The notes under the pieces: generated by a model | What the model was told of the DNA's origin: nothing | The model's database searches: none | Seen by the model: the letters and a program-made list of their open reading frames with translations, nothing else | Assembly (NCBI GenBank): GCA_040381155.1 | Contig: JBEIHT010000002.1 | Location: forward strand, 194 to 64,193 | From: Aphanothece sp. | GTDB lineage: Bacteria; Cyanobacteriota; Cyanobacteriia; PCC-6307; Cyanobiaceae | Direction: 5' to 3' | DNA length: 64,000 nucleotides | Shown: positions 42,207 to 54,997 of the stretch, one piece after another | Position numbering within the stretch: position 1 is the first letter of the stretch | Layout: each line of letters opens with the position of its first letter | Program-made: the position numbers and the translations under genes

Positions 42207-43163
42207 CTAGGGAGGCGAGGCCCCGTCACCCACGATGGCCCGGATGTTGCGCCGCCACATCCAGGGCTTGATGCGCCGCAGCGCCGAAGTCCGCAGCCGC
42301 TCCGACCAGTCCGCGTCGCTCCAGCGCAGCGCCTCCTCCGCCCGCAGGTCGAGCAGCCAGGGGCGGGGCTGCAGATCGGGCTCCTCGCTGCTGGGCAGGT
42401 CCGGTCCGTTCCAGGGGCAGACCTCCTGGCAGATGTCGCAGCCGGCCACCCAGCCCTGCAGGCGGGTGGCGATCGCCGTGGGCAGCGCCTCCTCCCGGTT
42501 CTCAATGGTGTGGTAAGCCAGACAACGGCGCGCATCCACCACGAACGGCTCCGGGATCGCCCCGGTGGGGCAGGCATCGAGGCAGGCGCTGCAACGCCCA
42601 CACAGGGGTTCCGCCGGTCGGTCCGGCGGCAGCTCCACGCTGGTGAGCAGGTGGCCGAGCAGCAGCCAGGATCCCCGCCGGCGGCTGATCAGGTTGCCGT
42701 TCTTGCCGATCCAGCCCAGGCCGGCCTCCTCCGCCCAGGCCTTGTCCATCAGCGGGGCGCTGTCCACGCACACCCGCCAGCGGCTGTCCGGGCGGCGCTG
42801 TTCCAACCAGCGGCCCAGGCGTCGCAGCCGCCCGTCCATCAGGCGGTGGTAGTCGCGTCCCCAGCCGTAGCGCGCCACCTTCAGCGCGCCCGGCGTCGCT
42901 GTGGCGTCCACGTGGTAAGGCAGGGCGACCGCCAGCAGCGCCCGCACCCCGGGCAGCAGCGCGTTCACCGCCCGTCGGCGCGGATCAGCCATCCACCCCA
43001 TTCCGGCCTGGTGGCCGGCCGCAAGCCAGCGCTCGAGCGCCTCGCTGCGCAGGGCGAGGCGTGCGCCGCCCGGGACGGCGGCGATGCCGACCGGATCAAA
43101 CCCCAGGGCGGCCGCCTGTCCCTTCAGCTCCCGGGCGAGGTCTCGCAGGGCTGGTTCATTCAC
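42207..43163 (-). CDS. queG: Epoxyqueuosine reductase
   Basis: ARYGWGRDYH, VDSAP, CGRCSACLDACPT and GCDICQEVCPWN motifs. Confidence 0.95.
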   Translation of the reverse strand: MNEPALRDLARELKGQAAALGFDPVGIAAVPGGARLALRSEALERWLAAGHQAGMGWMADPRRRAVNALLPGVRALLAVALPYHVDATATPGALKVARYGWGRDYHRLMDGRLRRLGRWLEQRRPDSRWRVCVDSAPLMDKAWAEEAGLGWIGKNGNLISRRRGSWLLLGHLLTSVELPPDRPAEPLCGRCSACLDACPTGAIPEPFVVDARRCLAYHTIENREEALPTAIATRLQGWVAGCDICQEVCPWNGPDLPSSEEPDLQPRPWLLDLRAEEALRWSDADWSERLRTSALRRIKPWMWRRNIRAIVGDGASPP

Positions 43164-43202
43164 GGCTGATCGTTAAATTGGGCCATTCCCGACTCCGCAG
43201 GC

Positions 43203-43859
43203 GTGACCGCTTCCCCAACCACCCGGTTCAGCCCCCTGCTGCGCTGGATGGGCATCACCCTGGTGGTGCTTCTGCTGCTGCAGATGCTCTCGGTGCTGAT
43301 CCTCTGGGATTGGGGGTCAGAACCCTTCCGCCAACTGGTGGTGGAACGGCTCGTGAGCCAGGCGCCGATGGCCTTGATCGGCCTGGTGCTGATGTATCTG
43401 TCCTCCCGGCTGGAGGACCTCTCCGGTTCGAAGGCGCGCACGCCCCTCCTCTGGTCGGTCTGCATCATCAGCGGTCTGCTGGCCGTGCTGCTCACCGCCG
43501 CCCTGCCGGTCGCCTTCGGCGGCGACCAGATCCTCCAGGAGCAGACCGATCAGCAGCTGGCCGCCCAGCGGGCCCAGCTGGAGATGGCCCGGCAGCAGAG
43601 CCAGAATCCCGCGGTGCTGCAACAGCTTGTGCGCCAGGCGGAGTCCAGCGGCCAGATTCCCGCCGGTGCCAGCGACGCCCAGAAGAACCAGGCCGCCCGG
43701 GCCTTCATCGATCGCCAGCTGGAGTCGATGCAGAGCAAGTTCACCCAGGCTGAGCAGTCGGCCAAGGTGGCCAACAGCCAGCGCCGCTTCGGCAGCACCG
43801 GCGGTGCGATCGCCCTGATCGTGGCCTTCACGATCCTCTGCCTCGGCACGGTTCTCTGA
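43203..43859 (+). CDS. HpsJ family cyanobacterial membrane protein
   Basis: Three N-terminal TMs (LVSQAPMALIG), a Gln-rich soluble region and a C-terminal TM. Confidence 0.75.
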   Translation: MTASPTTRFSPLLRWMGITLVVLLLLQMLSVLILWDWGSEPFRQLVVERLVSQAPMALIGLVLMYLSSRLEDLSGSKARTPLLWSVCIISGLLAVLLTAALPVAFGGDQILQEQTDQQLAAQRAQLEMARQQSQNPAVLQQLVRQAESSGQIPAGASDAQKNQAARAFIDRQLESMQSKFTQAEQSAKVANSQRRFGSTGGAIALIVAFTILCLGTVL

Positions 43860-43933
43860 ATTCCGCTCGCACCGCCGCTCTCCCGGGGATCCCTCTCTGG
43901 TTACCGTGAGGGTTCTTCCCCACGACCTGGTCC

Positions 43934-44662
43934 GTGGTTCCCACCAGCTCCCGACCCGATCAGCCGCTTGGCAACCGCCTCCAGCAGGATCTCAAGAACG
44001 ATCTGATCGCCGGCCTGCTGGTGGTGATCCCGCTGGCCACCACCATCTGGCTGGGCACCACGGTCAGCCGCTTCGTGCTGGCCTTCCTCACCTCGATCCC
44101 CAAGCAGTTCAACCCCTTCAACACCCTCAATCCGCTCCTGCAGGAGCTGATCAACCTCGGGGTGGGTCTGCTGGTGCCCCTGCTCGGCATCCTGCTGATC
44201 GGTCTGATGGCCCGCAACATCGTCGGCCGCTGGCTGCTGGAGTTCGGGGAGGGCACGCTGCTGCGCATCCCCCTAGCCGGCTCCGTCTACAAAACCCTCA
44301 AGCAGCTGCTCGAGACCTTCCTGCGGGACAATTCCAGCCGCTTTCGCCGGGTCGTGCTGGTGGAATATCCCAGGGAGGGTCTCTACGCGCTCGGTTTCGT
44401 CACCGGCGTGCTTGGCGCCGCGATCCAGGGGGATTTCGAGCAGACGATGCTGAGCGTCTTCATCCCCACGGCCCCCAACCCCACCACCGGCTGGTACGCG
44501 GTGGTGCCGGAGCGCTCGGTGCGCGACGTCGATCTCAGCGTTGAGGATGCCTTCCGCACGATCATTTCCGCCGGCATCGTCAGTCCTGACGAGAAGGAGG
44601 CCCCTTCCAACCGCAGCTTTTCCAGCCTTCTGGCCCAGCTGCGCGCGCCCCAGCTTTCCTGA
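43934..44662 (+). CDS. DUF502 domain membrane protein
   Basis: AGLLVVIPLATT, RIPLAGSVY, VEYPR and PTAPNPTTG motifs. Confidence 0.9.
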   Translation: MVPTSSRPDQPLGNRLQQDLKNDLIAGLLVVIPLATTIWLGTTVSRFVLAFLTSIPKQFNPFNTLNPLLQELINLGVGLLVPLLGILLIGLMARNIVGRWLLEFGEGTLLRIPLAGSVYKTLKQLLETFLRDNSSRFRRVVLVEYPREGLYALGFVTGVLGAAIQGDFEQTMLSVFIPTAPNPTTGWYAVVPERSVRDVDLSVEDAFRTIISAGIVSPDEKEAPSNRSFSSLLAQLRAPQLS

Positions 44663-45283
44663 ATGAAGAGCCCCACCCTCGCCCGGGAACTCGCCCTGTT
44701 GATGCTGGGCCAGGTCAACGATCGGGCGACCCCCAATCCGGATATCGCCCTGGAAACCCTTCTGCAGCAGGCGCTTTCCAGCCTTGCTCAGCATGTGCGC
44801 GAGTCGTTGGACCGCTCTGCCGGGGATCTGCAGCAGGCGGAACGGGAGCTGCTCGACAGCGAGCTTCAGGAGGATGACGACGCCTCCCTGCCCAGGGTGC
44901 GTCAACACCTGCGCGATGGTCTCGCCCAGGCGGAGCAGGCCCTGAACCGCCTGTCCGCCAGCCTTGACCTGCCCCGCCTGCTGCTGCTGGCGGATCAGGA
45001 GGAGGTGCGCCGCGGCGCGATCGAGCGCACCCGTGCCGTCCTGGCGGACCGGGAGTCGATCGATGCCCGCCTCGACGCGGTGATGGAGGGTTGGCGCCTC
45101 ACGCGGCTGCCCCGCATCGATCGCGACATCCTGCGGCTGGCCGCCGTCGACCTCGAAACCCTGGGCACGCCGGCGGCGGTGGCCTGCAACGAGGCGGTGG
45201 AACTGGCCAACCGCTACAGCGATGAGCAGGGCCGACGCATGATCAACGGCGTGCTGCGTCGCTTCACCACGGCGAGGGTCTGA
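44663..45283 (+). CDS. nusB: Transcription antitermination factor NusB
   Basis: WRLTRLPRIDRDILRLA, NEAVELA and INGVLRR motifs. Confidence 0.93.
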   Translation: MKSPTLARELALLMLGQVNDRATPNPDIALETLLQQALSSLAQHVRESLDRSAGDLQQAERELLDSELQEDDDASLPRVRQHLRDGLAQAEQALNRLSASLDLPRLLLLADQEEVRRGAIERTRAVLADRESIDARLDAVMEGWRLTRLPRIDRDILRLAAVDLETLGTPAAVACNEAVELANRYSDEQGRRMINGVLRRFTTARV

Positions 45284-45289
45284 ACGGCG

Positions 45290-46780
45290 ATGGTTTTCGA
45301 TTGGTTCAACCGCGCCGTGTCCCCCGGGGAGTCCCGTGCCGCTGCGCCTCCGGAGGCGGAAACCACACCTGCGGAGTCCGCAGAGGCGGCTCCTGCTGAG
45401 GCGGCTCCGGCCCCCGCCACCAGCTCGCCGCCGGTGGAGACGGCCCCGGCCCCTTCGATCGGCGCGGTGGACGAGGACGCTCTCGCCTGGGCGCGGGAGG
45501 CCTACGCCCGGCTGCGGGCCCAGCAGGAGGCCGCCCGCGCCCAGGCCCCACCAGCGCCTGCAGAAGCTCTGCCCGCTGAAGCGGCGCCCGCCCCTCCGGA
45601 GGCCCCCCCCTCTCCGCCGCCGCCTTCCCTGCTGGAGCTGGCGGCCGCCCAGCGCAGTGAGCGCCTGGAGCAGCTGATCGCGCCGCCGGCCGCCAGCCCC
45701 GCACCGGCTCCGGCCGCCGCCCCCGTTGCCCCCGCGGCGCCAGCCCCTGAGGAGAGCGAGGCCCAGCTCGGTGCCTTTGATGAAGAGTTCACCTGGTCGG
45801 CCGAGGTGCTCGCCGCCCAGGGGCGCCGCTTCGAGGAGATCTCGGTCGAGGAGATCGACTGGCTCAGCCGGCTGCGCCGCGGCCTGCAGAAGACCCGGCG
45901 CAATTTCGTCACCCAGCTGCTGGAGAACCTCGGCGACGATCCCCTCACCCCCGAGGTGCTCGACGAGCTGGAAACCGCCCTGCTCCGGGCTGATGTGGGG
46001 GTGCAGGCCACCGATCGGGTGCTCGAAGCCCTGCGCCGCCGTCTCAATGAGGAGGTGGTCGACCCCGAGGAGGGCGTGCGCTTCCTCAAGGATCAGCTGC
46101 GCGGCCTGCTGGACGGGCCGATCGAACGCAGCGGCCACCCCCTGCTGGCCCCCCGCCGCGATCGGCTCAACGTCTGGCTGCTGGTCGGCGTCAACGGGGT
46201 CGGCAAGACCACCACCCTGGGCAAGCTGGCCAACCTCGCGGTGCGCAGCGGCTACAGCTGCCTGATCGCCGCCGCCGACACCTTCCGGGCCGCCGCCGTG
46301 CAGCAGGTGACGATCTGGGGGGAGCGCAGCGGTGTGCCGGTGATCTCCAATCCCAGTGCCAACGCTGATCCCGCCGCCGTGGTGTACGACGCCATCGGCG
46401 CCGCCCGCTCCCGAGGCACCGAGCTGGTGCTGGTGGACACCGCCGGCCGACTCCAGACCAAGCACAACCTGATGGAGGAGCTCAGCAAGGTGCGTCGCAT
46501 CGTCGACAAGCTCGCTCCGGAGGCGGTGGTGGAATCCCTGCTCGTGCTCGACGCCAGCCAGGGTCAGAACGGCTTGCGCCAGGCCATGGCCTTCGCCAGT
46601 GCCGCCGGCCTCACCGGCGTGGTGCTCACCAAGCTCGATGGCAGCGCCCGTGGTGGTGTGGCCCTGGCGGTGGCCTCGGAGGCGGACCTGCCGATCCGTT
46701 TCGTGGGCGCCGGCGAGGGGATCCGCGATCTGCGGCCCTTCAACAGCTTTGAGTTCGTGGAGGCCCTGCTCGCCCGCTGA
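45290..46780 (+). CDS. ftsY: Signal recognition particle receptor FtsY
   Basis: GVNGVGKTTT, DTFRAAA, DTAGR and TKLDG motifs; acidic/Pro-rich N-terminus. Confidence 0.97.
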   Translation: MVFDWFNRAVSPGESRAAAPPEAETTPAESAEAAPAEAAPAPATSSPPVETAPAPSIGAVDEDALAWAREAYARLRAQQEAARAQAPPAPAEALPAEAAPAPPEAPPSPPPPSLLELAAAQRSERLEQLIAPPAASPAPAPAAAPVAPAAPAPEESEAQLGAFDEEFTWSAEVLAAQGRRFEEISVEEIDWLSRLRRGLQKTRRNFVTQLLENLGDDPLTPEVLDELETALLRADVGVQATDRVLEALRRRLNEEVVDPEEGVRFLKDQLRGLLDGPIERSGHPLLAPRRDRLNVWLLVGVNGVGKTTTLGKLANLAVRSGYSCLIAAADTFRAAAVQQVTIWGERSGVPVISNPSANADPAAVVYDAIGAARSRGTELVLVDTAGRLQTKHNLMEELSKVRRIVDKLAPEAVVESLLVLDASQGQNGLRQAMAFASAAGLTGVVLTKLDGSARGGVALAVASEADLPIRFVGAGEGIRDLRPFNSFEFVEALLAR

Positions 46781-46818
46781 GCATCGCTGCTACCTTGCGG
46801 ATCCTTCGCGGCCGCTCC

Positions 46819-48225
46819 TTGAGCAGCAAGCCGCCACCGAAGCCTTCCCCCCCCCAGGCTCCCCCCCGCACCGCCCAGGCGCTGACGGCGGCGGCTTCCC
46901 TGCGCCAGCTGCTCGACAGCCTCAGCCGCGAGCAGCGCCGCAACCAGGAGTTGCTCGCCTCCCTGGCCTTCGCCCTGCGCAGCTTCACCCATCTCGGCCG
47001 CTTGCTGGAGCTGGTGCCCTTGGTGGCGGCCCGGCTGGTGGATGGGGACGGGGCTCTGCTGGTGGTGTTTCACCCCGATGGCCGCCTCTGGCGGGACCAT
47101 CTGCAGGCCACCCCGGGGGTGCGCTGCGCCGAGGTGCTGCGCCAGGTCTCCACCCTCACGGACAACCAGCTTCAGGCGCTCTCCGGCGACGAGGAGGTGG
47201 TGGGACTGCTCGATCCCTTGATCCGGCGCCTGCTCGGCGGGGCCCAGGTGTTCTCCACCTCGGTGGTGGCGCGCAGCCGCCAGCGCGGTCGTCTCTACGT
47301 CTTCAGCGACCGTCGCGGTGTCGTTTGGAGTGAGGTGCACCGTCGACACCTGCAGCTCGTCGCCGACCTCACCGGCGTGGCCCTGGAGAACGAGCTGCTC
47401 CAGGAGGACATGCGCCGCCACGAACGGCTCGACCGCCAGCTGAGCATCGGAGCTGAGATCCAGGCCCAGCTGCTGCCGGATCGTTGTCCCGTGATCGAGG
47501 GGGTGGAGCTGGCGGCTTGCTGTCGCCCCGCCTTCCAGGTGGGGGGCGATTATTACGATTTCATTCCAGTTTTCCCCCAGCTCGGCGGCCGCCGCCGCGA
47601 GCAGGGTCCCTGGGCCCTGGTGATGGGCGATGTGATGGGCAAGGGGGTGCCCGCCGGTCTGTTGATGACCCTGCTGCGGGGCATGCTGCGCGCCGAGGTG
47701 CTTAGCGGCCTTCCCCCCGACCGCATCCTTCAGGACCTCAACCGGCTGGCCCAGGAGGACCTGGCCCAATCGCACCGTTTCGTCAGCCTCTTCTATTCCG
47801 ACTTCGACCCCCGCAGCCGGCGCCTGCGCTTCGCCAACGCCGCCCACAACCCGCCGCTGATCTGCCGTCGCCGCTCCGGTGCGGTGGAGAGGCTCGATGC
47901 CCCCGGCCTGTTGATCGGCCTGCAGAGCGAGGCTGAATATGGCTGCGGCCAGGCGCTGCTGGAACCCGGCGATGCCCTGCTCTATTACACCGATGGCGTC
48001 ACCGAGGCCAGCGGCTTCAGCGGCGATCGGTTCGATGAGGAGCGCCTGGTGCGCGCCTTCCAGGCGATCTGTCGCGCGGGCCATGGGGCTCAGGGAATTC
48101 TCGACCAGCTGTTCGCCCGGCTCGACCGCTTCGTCGGGCCCGATCACCACCTGGAGGACGACGCCTCGATGGTGGTGCTCAAGGTGCGCGAGGAGGTGAT
48201 GCTTCCCCCCCTGCCGCCGCCCTGA
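46819..48225 (+). CDS. GAF + SpoIIE/PP2C protein serine phosphatase (RsbU-like)
   Basis: VGGDYYD, GDVMGKG, NAAHNP, YTDGVTE and DDAS motifs; start uncertain (46795-46819). Confidence 0.9.
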   Translation: MSSKPPPKPSPPQAPPRTAQALTAAASLRQLLDSLSREQRRNQELLASLAFALRSFTHLGRLLELVPLVAARLVDGDGALLVVFHPDGRLWRDHLQATPGVRCAEVLRQVSTLTDNQLQALSGDEEVVGLLDPLIRRLLGGAQVFSTSVVARSRQRGRLYVFSDRRGVVWSEVHRRHLQLVADLTGVALENELLQEDMRRHERLDRQLSIGAEIQAQLLPDRCPVIEGVELAACCRPAFQVGGDYYDFIPVFPQLGGRRREQGPWALVMGDVMGKGVPAGLLMTLLRGMLRAEVLSGLPPDRILQDLNRLAQEDLAQSHRFVSLFYSDFDPRSRRLRFANAAHNPPLICRRRSGAVERLDAPGLLIGLQSEAEYGCGQALLEPGDALLYYTDGVTEASGFSGDRFDEERLVRAFQAICRAGHGAQGILDQLFARLDRFVGPDHHLEDDASMVVLKVREEVMLPPLPPP

Positions 48226-48289
48226 GGGCGTGGCCCTGGGCCCCTGCGAAGCTGGGGGGCTGCCCACCGCACCGTCGCCTCCTGTCCCG

Positions 48290-49738
<1,449 letters not shown>

Positions 49739-49788
49739 TCTTGGTGGGTTCCAGGCGCCATGGCGTTCATTCGATTCTGGGTCGGTCC

Positions 49789-50265
49789 GTGAGTATTTTC
49801 GTTGGCAATCTTCCCTTCCGTGCCGAAAAGGAAGATGTGATGGAGCTCTTCGCCCCCTATGGCGAAGTCGTCAACTGCTCCCTTCCGCTGGAGCGGGACA
49901 CCGGCCGCAAGCGGGGTTTCGCCTTCGTCGAGCTCGCCGAAGGCGAGAGCGAGGACAGGGCCATTGAGGGGCTGCAGGGGGCTGAGCTGATGGGCCGCCC
50001 CCTGCGCATCAACAAGGCCGAACCGCGGGGCAGCGCTCCCCGCGGTGGTGGTGGCGGCGGTGGTGGCGGCTACCGCGGCGGTGGCGGCGGCGGCTACGGG
50101 GGAGGTGGCGGCGGTTCCGGCCGCGGCGGTGAGGGCGGCGGTTCCGGTGCCCGGGGCTGGGAAGATCGCAGCTACGGCGGCGGCGACAACTTCGAAGCCG
50201 GTCGCGCCCGCCGTCGTCGCAGCGGCAGCGGGTCTGACTCCGACTACCCGGGCGCCGAGGGCTGA
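49789..50265 (+). CDS. RRM RNA-binding protein with Gly-rich tail (Rbp family)
   Basis: IFVGNL (RNP2), RGFAFVE (RNP1) and a glycine-rich C-terminus; GTG start. Confidence 0.93.
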   Translation: MSIFVGNLPFRAEKEDVMELFAPYGEVVNCSLPLERDTGRKRGFAFVELAEGESEDRAIEGLQGAELMGRPLRINKAEPRGSAPRGGGGGGGGGYRGGGGGGYGGGGGGSGRGGEGGGSGARGWEDRSYGGGDNFEAGRARRRRSGSGSDSDYPGAEG

Positions 50266-50296
50266 GCCCCGGCACCAGCCCTCGGCAGGTTCCGGG

Positions 50297-51328
<1,032 letters not shown>

Positions 51329-51335
51329 GGTTGCC

Positions 51336-52643
51336 ATGCTGCCCAGCTGCGCCGCCCTCGTGGTGGTCGGCGGAGGACCCGCCGGCTTCCTGGCGGCGAT
51401 CAGCGCCGCCGAGGCGGGCCTGCGGGATGTGCTTGTGCTGGAGTCCACCGGTGAGCCCCTGCACAAGGTGCGCATCAGCGGCGGTGGCCGCTGCAATGTG
51501 ACCCACGCCTGCTGGGATCCCCGGCTGTTGGTGGGCCACTATCCACGGGGCGGCCAGGCCCTGCGCGGCTTGTTCGCCCGCTTCGCCCCCGGGGACAGCG
51601 TCTCCTGGTTCGCCGCCCACGGCGTGGAGCTGGTGGAGGAGCCCGACGGGCGTCTCTTCCCCCGCTCCAACCGGTCCGAGACCGTGGTGGCCTGCCTGCG
51701 GCAGGCGGCCCAGGCGGCGGGGGTGCGCCTGGTCACGGGGGAAGCCGTGCGGGGGGTGGAACGGACAGCGGACGGCAGTTTTCAGCTGCAGATCCGCTCG
51801 GGCGCCGCTCTGGTGGCCCGCCGGCTGGTGCTCGCCACCGGCAGCCATCCCAGCGGCCATCGCCTGGCGGTTTCCCTGGGGCACAGTGTGGTTCCCCCCC
51901 TGCCCTCGCTGTTCACCCTGGCGCTGGCCCACCATCCCCTCGCGGCCCTGGCGGGGGTGTCCATGGATCCGGTGGTTCTGGAGTTGCGGCCGCCCGATGG
52001 CGCCGCCCCCGCCCGGAACCGCGCCGCCGGCCGCGCCGGCAACCCCCTGCGCCAGCGCGGTGCCCTGCTGATCACCCACTGGGGCCTGAGCGGCCCTGCC
52101 ACCCTGCGGCTCACCGCCTTTGCCGCCCGTGATCTGAAGGCCTGGGGGTACCGCGCCCAGCTGCGGGTCGATTGGACCGGTGGTCGGTCGGCGCCGGAGA
52201 TCGATGGGCTGCTCGATCGGGCCCGCCGTGAGCAGGCCCGCCGCCAGCTGGCCACCGCCCGGCCCTGGCCTGCCCTGAGCCGGCGGCTCTGGCGCCATCT
52301 GCTCCAGGCCGCCGCCGCCGATGGTGGGCCCCTCGATCCCCAGCTGCGCTGGGCGGATCTGGATCGCCGCGCCCAGCAGGCGCTCAGCGCGGCAGTGCGG
52401 GACAGCCGCTACTCCGTGGGTGGACGCGGTCCGTTCGGGGAGGAGTTCGTCACCGCCGGCGGCGTCCCCCTCGGGGAGGTGGAGGCGGCCACGCTGGAGA
52501 GTCGCCGTTGCCCTGGCCTGCACCTGGTGGGGGAGATCCTCGATGTGGATGGGGTGACCGGCGGCTTCAACTTCCAGCACTGCTGGAGCAGCGGCTGGAT
52601 CGCCGGTGGCGCGCTGGCGGCGGCGCTCAGCGGATGTTCTTGA
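51336..52643 (+). CDS. HI0933/BaiN family flavoprotein
   Basis: GGGPAG, KVRISGGGRCNVT, LITHWGLSGPA, VTAGGV and GEILDVDGVTGGFNFQ motifs. Confidence 0.92.
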   Translation: MLPSCAALVVVGGGPAGFLAAISAAEAGLRDVLVLESTGEPLHKVRISGGGRCNVTHACWDPRLLVGHYPRGGQALRGLFARFAPGDSVSWFAAHGVELVEEPDGRLFPRSNRSETVVACLRQAAQAAGVRLVTGEAVRGVERTADGSFQLQIRSGAALVARRLVLATGSHPSGHRLAVSLGHSVVPPLPSLFTLALAHHPLAALAGVSMDPVVLELRPPDGAAPARNRAAGRAGNPLRQRGALLITHWGLSGPATLRLTAFAARDLKAWGYRAQLRVDWTGGRSAPEIDGLLDRARREQARRQLATARPWPALSRRLWRHLLQAAAADGGPLDPQLRWADLDRRAQQALSAAVRDSRYSVGGRGPFGEEFVTAGGVPLGEVEAATLESRRCPGLHLVGEILDVDGVTGGFNFQHCWSSGWIAGGALAAALSGCS

Positions 52644-53874
52644 ACACGCTGAACATCGGCAGGTACATCGCCAGCAGCACCGAGCCGACGATGATGCCCA
52701 CCAGCACGATCATCACCGGCTCGAGCATCGAGGTCATCGCCTTCACCAGGGCCGCCACCTCGTCTTCGTAGAAATCCGCCACCTTGGAAAGCATGGCGTC
52801 CATTTCGCCAGTCTCCTCACCGATCGCCAGCATGCTCACCGCCATCTCCGGGAACACATTCTTGGTGGAGAGGGCGGCGCTGAGCGGGATGCCCTCGCTG
52901 ACATCCTTGCGTGAGGCCAGGATGGCGTCGCCGATCACGCTGTTGTTGGTGGTCTCCCGCACGATCTCCAGGGACATCAGGATCGGCACTCCCGCCCGGG
53001 ACAGGGAGCTGAGGGTGCGGCAGAACTGGGCGGTCGCCGTTTTCTGGAACAGGTCCCCGAACAGGGGCACCTTCAGCAGCAGCGCATCCACCTGCCGGCG
53101 GCCGGCGGGGCTGGCGTAGTAGCGGCTGAACAGGAAGGCCCCCACCATCAGGCCGCCCACCAGGACCACCGAGAAGGGCGAGCGCAGCAGCTTGCTCAGA
53201 TCCAGCATCATCTGGGTGAACGCCGGCAGCTCCGCCCCCAGCTGATCGAAGATGCTGGCGAACACCGGGATCAGGAAGATCGTCATCCCCAGAAACACCG
53301 CCACGGCGATCACCAGCACCGTGACCGGATAGCCGAGGGCGCCACGGATCTGGTTCTGCAGCTTGGCGCTGTCCTCCATCAGCTTTGCCAGCCGCCGCAG
53401 GGTTTCGTCGAGCACACCACCGGCTTCGCCGGCCTCCACCATGGCCACCGCCAGGTTGTCGAACACCTGGGGCCAGCGCCGCATGGCATTGCCGAGGCTG
53501 TCCCCCTGGTTGATGTCCCGGGTCATGGCCGTCAGCGCCCGCCGGAACTTCTTGGAGCGCTCCTGGCTGCGCATCAGATCAATGCTGCGCAGGATCGGCA
53601 CGCCGGCATCGATCAGGGCGGAGAGCTTGCTGGCGAACAGCGCCTTATCGCGGACGGAGATGCTGTCAAAGTCGAGCCACGCTGGCGGGCCCTTCTCGCT
53701 CTCTGCTTTTTTTTTCGCCTGAGCCGCGGCCGGATCCTGGCGGAGCAGGAGGGACTCGCCGGAAATGCCCCGCTGCCGCAGCAACCGCCGAGCCATGGCG
53801 GGGCTCTCGGCCTCCAGGGCTAGCTGCCGCTTCTGCCCGGCCTTGGTGGTGTAAGTGACGAGGAAAGCGGTCAT
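52627..53874 (-). CDS. pilC: Type IV pilus platform protein PilC (GspF family)
   Basis: AGVPI twice, EAGEAGGVL, GEETGEMD and LEP motifs. Confidence 0.93.
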   Translation of the reverse strand: MTAFLVTYTTKAGQKRQLALEAESPAMARRLLRQRGISGESLLLRQDPAAAQAKKKAESEKGPPAWLDFDSISVRDKALFASKLSALIDAGVPILRSIDLMRSQERSKKFRRALTAMTRDINQGDSLGNAMRRWPQVFDNLAVAMVEAGEAGGVLDETLRRLAKLMEDSAKLQNQIRGALGYPVTVLVIAVAVFLGMTIFLIPVFASIFDQLGAELPAFTQMMLDLSKLLRSPFSVVLVGGLMVGAFLFSRYYASPAGRRQVDALLLKVPLFGDLFQKTATAQFCRTLSSLSRAGVPILMSLEIVRETTNNSVIGDAILASRKDVSEGIPLSAALSTKNVFPEMAVSMLAIGEETGEMDAMLSKVADFYEDEVAALVKAMTSMLEPVMIVLVGIIVGSVLLAMYLPMFSVFKNIR

Positions 53875-53898
53875 CCTGGCTAGTGCTGGAGTCGGGGG

Positions 53899-54984
53899 TC
53901 AGCTCGGAACGAGCAGGCGTTCCAGCTCGTCGGGGCGGGTGGTTCTCAGCAAAGCCTCAGTTCTGGTGATTTTATCGGCGTTCACCAGGTTGGCGAGGCA
54001 GCGTTCCAGGGTCTGCATGCCCAGCTGGGCACCGGTCTGGATCTGGGAATAGAGCTGGGCGGTCTTCCCTTCCCGGATCAGGTTGGCGGTGGCGGGGGTG
54101 TTCACCATGATCTCCTGGGCCATCACCCGGCCGAAGGCGCCGGCGGTGGGAGTGGAGCTCTGGCAGAGGGTCTGGGAGAAGACCGCCTCCAGGCTGGTGC
54201 TCAGTTGCACCCGGATCTGGGTCTGCTGGCTGCTGGGGAACACATCCACCATCCGGTCGACGGTCTGGGAGGCGGAACTGGTGTGCAGGGTGCCGAAGAC
54301 CAGGTGACCGGTTTCGGCCGCGGTGATCGCCAGCTGGATCGTTTCCAGGTCGCGCATCTCCCCCACCAGGATCACGTCCGGGTCCTCCCGCAGGGCGGCC
54401 CGCAGGGCGTTGGCGAAGCTGCGCGTGTCCTCACTCACCTCGCGTTGGTGGATGAGGGATCGGTCGTTTTTGTAGGTGAATTCGATCGGATCCTCAATCG
54501 TCAGGATATGCTCGGATCGGGTATGGTTGATGTGATCGAGCAGTGAGGCCAGGGTGGTGGTCTTGCCGGAGCCGGTCGGGCCCGTCACCAGCACCAGCCC
54601 TTTCGGCTTGCGGGTGACCTGCTCCACGATCGGCGGCATGCCCAGCTTCTCCAGTGCCGGGATCTCGTTGCCCAGGGCCCGCAGGCAGGCCGCATAGGTG
54701 CCGCGCTGGCGGTAGACGTTCACCCGGAACCGGGCCACATCCTTGAGTCCGTAAGAGCAGTCGAGGTCCCAGTTCTGCTCCAGGTGCTTGCGCTGCGAAT
54801 TGTTCAGCAGCGTGAAGATCAGGCGGTTGCAGACCTCCTCGCTCAGCACGAGGTTCTGAATGATTGGCCGCAGCTTGCCGTTGAACCGGCCGTAGGGCGG
54901 TTGACCGGCGGCCAGGTGCAGATCGCTGCCGCCATTGTTGACGAGCTCGATCATCAAGTCTTCGATCAGCAGCTGTTGTTCCAT
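53899..54984 (-). CDS. pilT: Type IV pilus retraction ATPase PilT
   Basis: [35 protein letters not shown] and GMQT motifs. Confidence 0.95.
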   Translation of the reverse strand: MEQQLLIEDLMIELVNNGGSDLHLAAGQPPYGRFNGKLRPIIQNLVLSEEVCNRLIFTLLNNSQRKHLEQNWDLDCSYGLKDVARFRVNVYRQRGTYAACLRALGNEIPALEKLGMPPIVEQVTRKPKGLVLVTGPTGSGKTTTLASLLDHINHTRSEHILTIEDPIEFTYKNDRSLIHQREVSEDTRSFANALRAALREDPDVILVGEMRDLETIQLAITAAETGHLVFGTLHTSSASQTVDRMVDVFPSSQQTQIRVQLSTSLEAVFSQTLCQSSTPTAGAFGRVMAQEIMVNTPATANLIREGKTAQLYSQIQTGAQLGMQTLERCLANLVNADKITRTEALLRTTRPDELERLLVPS

Positions 54985-54997
54985 GGCGGAGCGGCGG

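Noticed and set aside
50040-50150. GGT/GGC repeat run
   Set aside because: It encodes the ordinary glycine-rich tail of the RRM protein; it is not a CRISPR array or an independent repeat.
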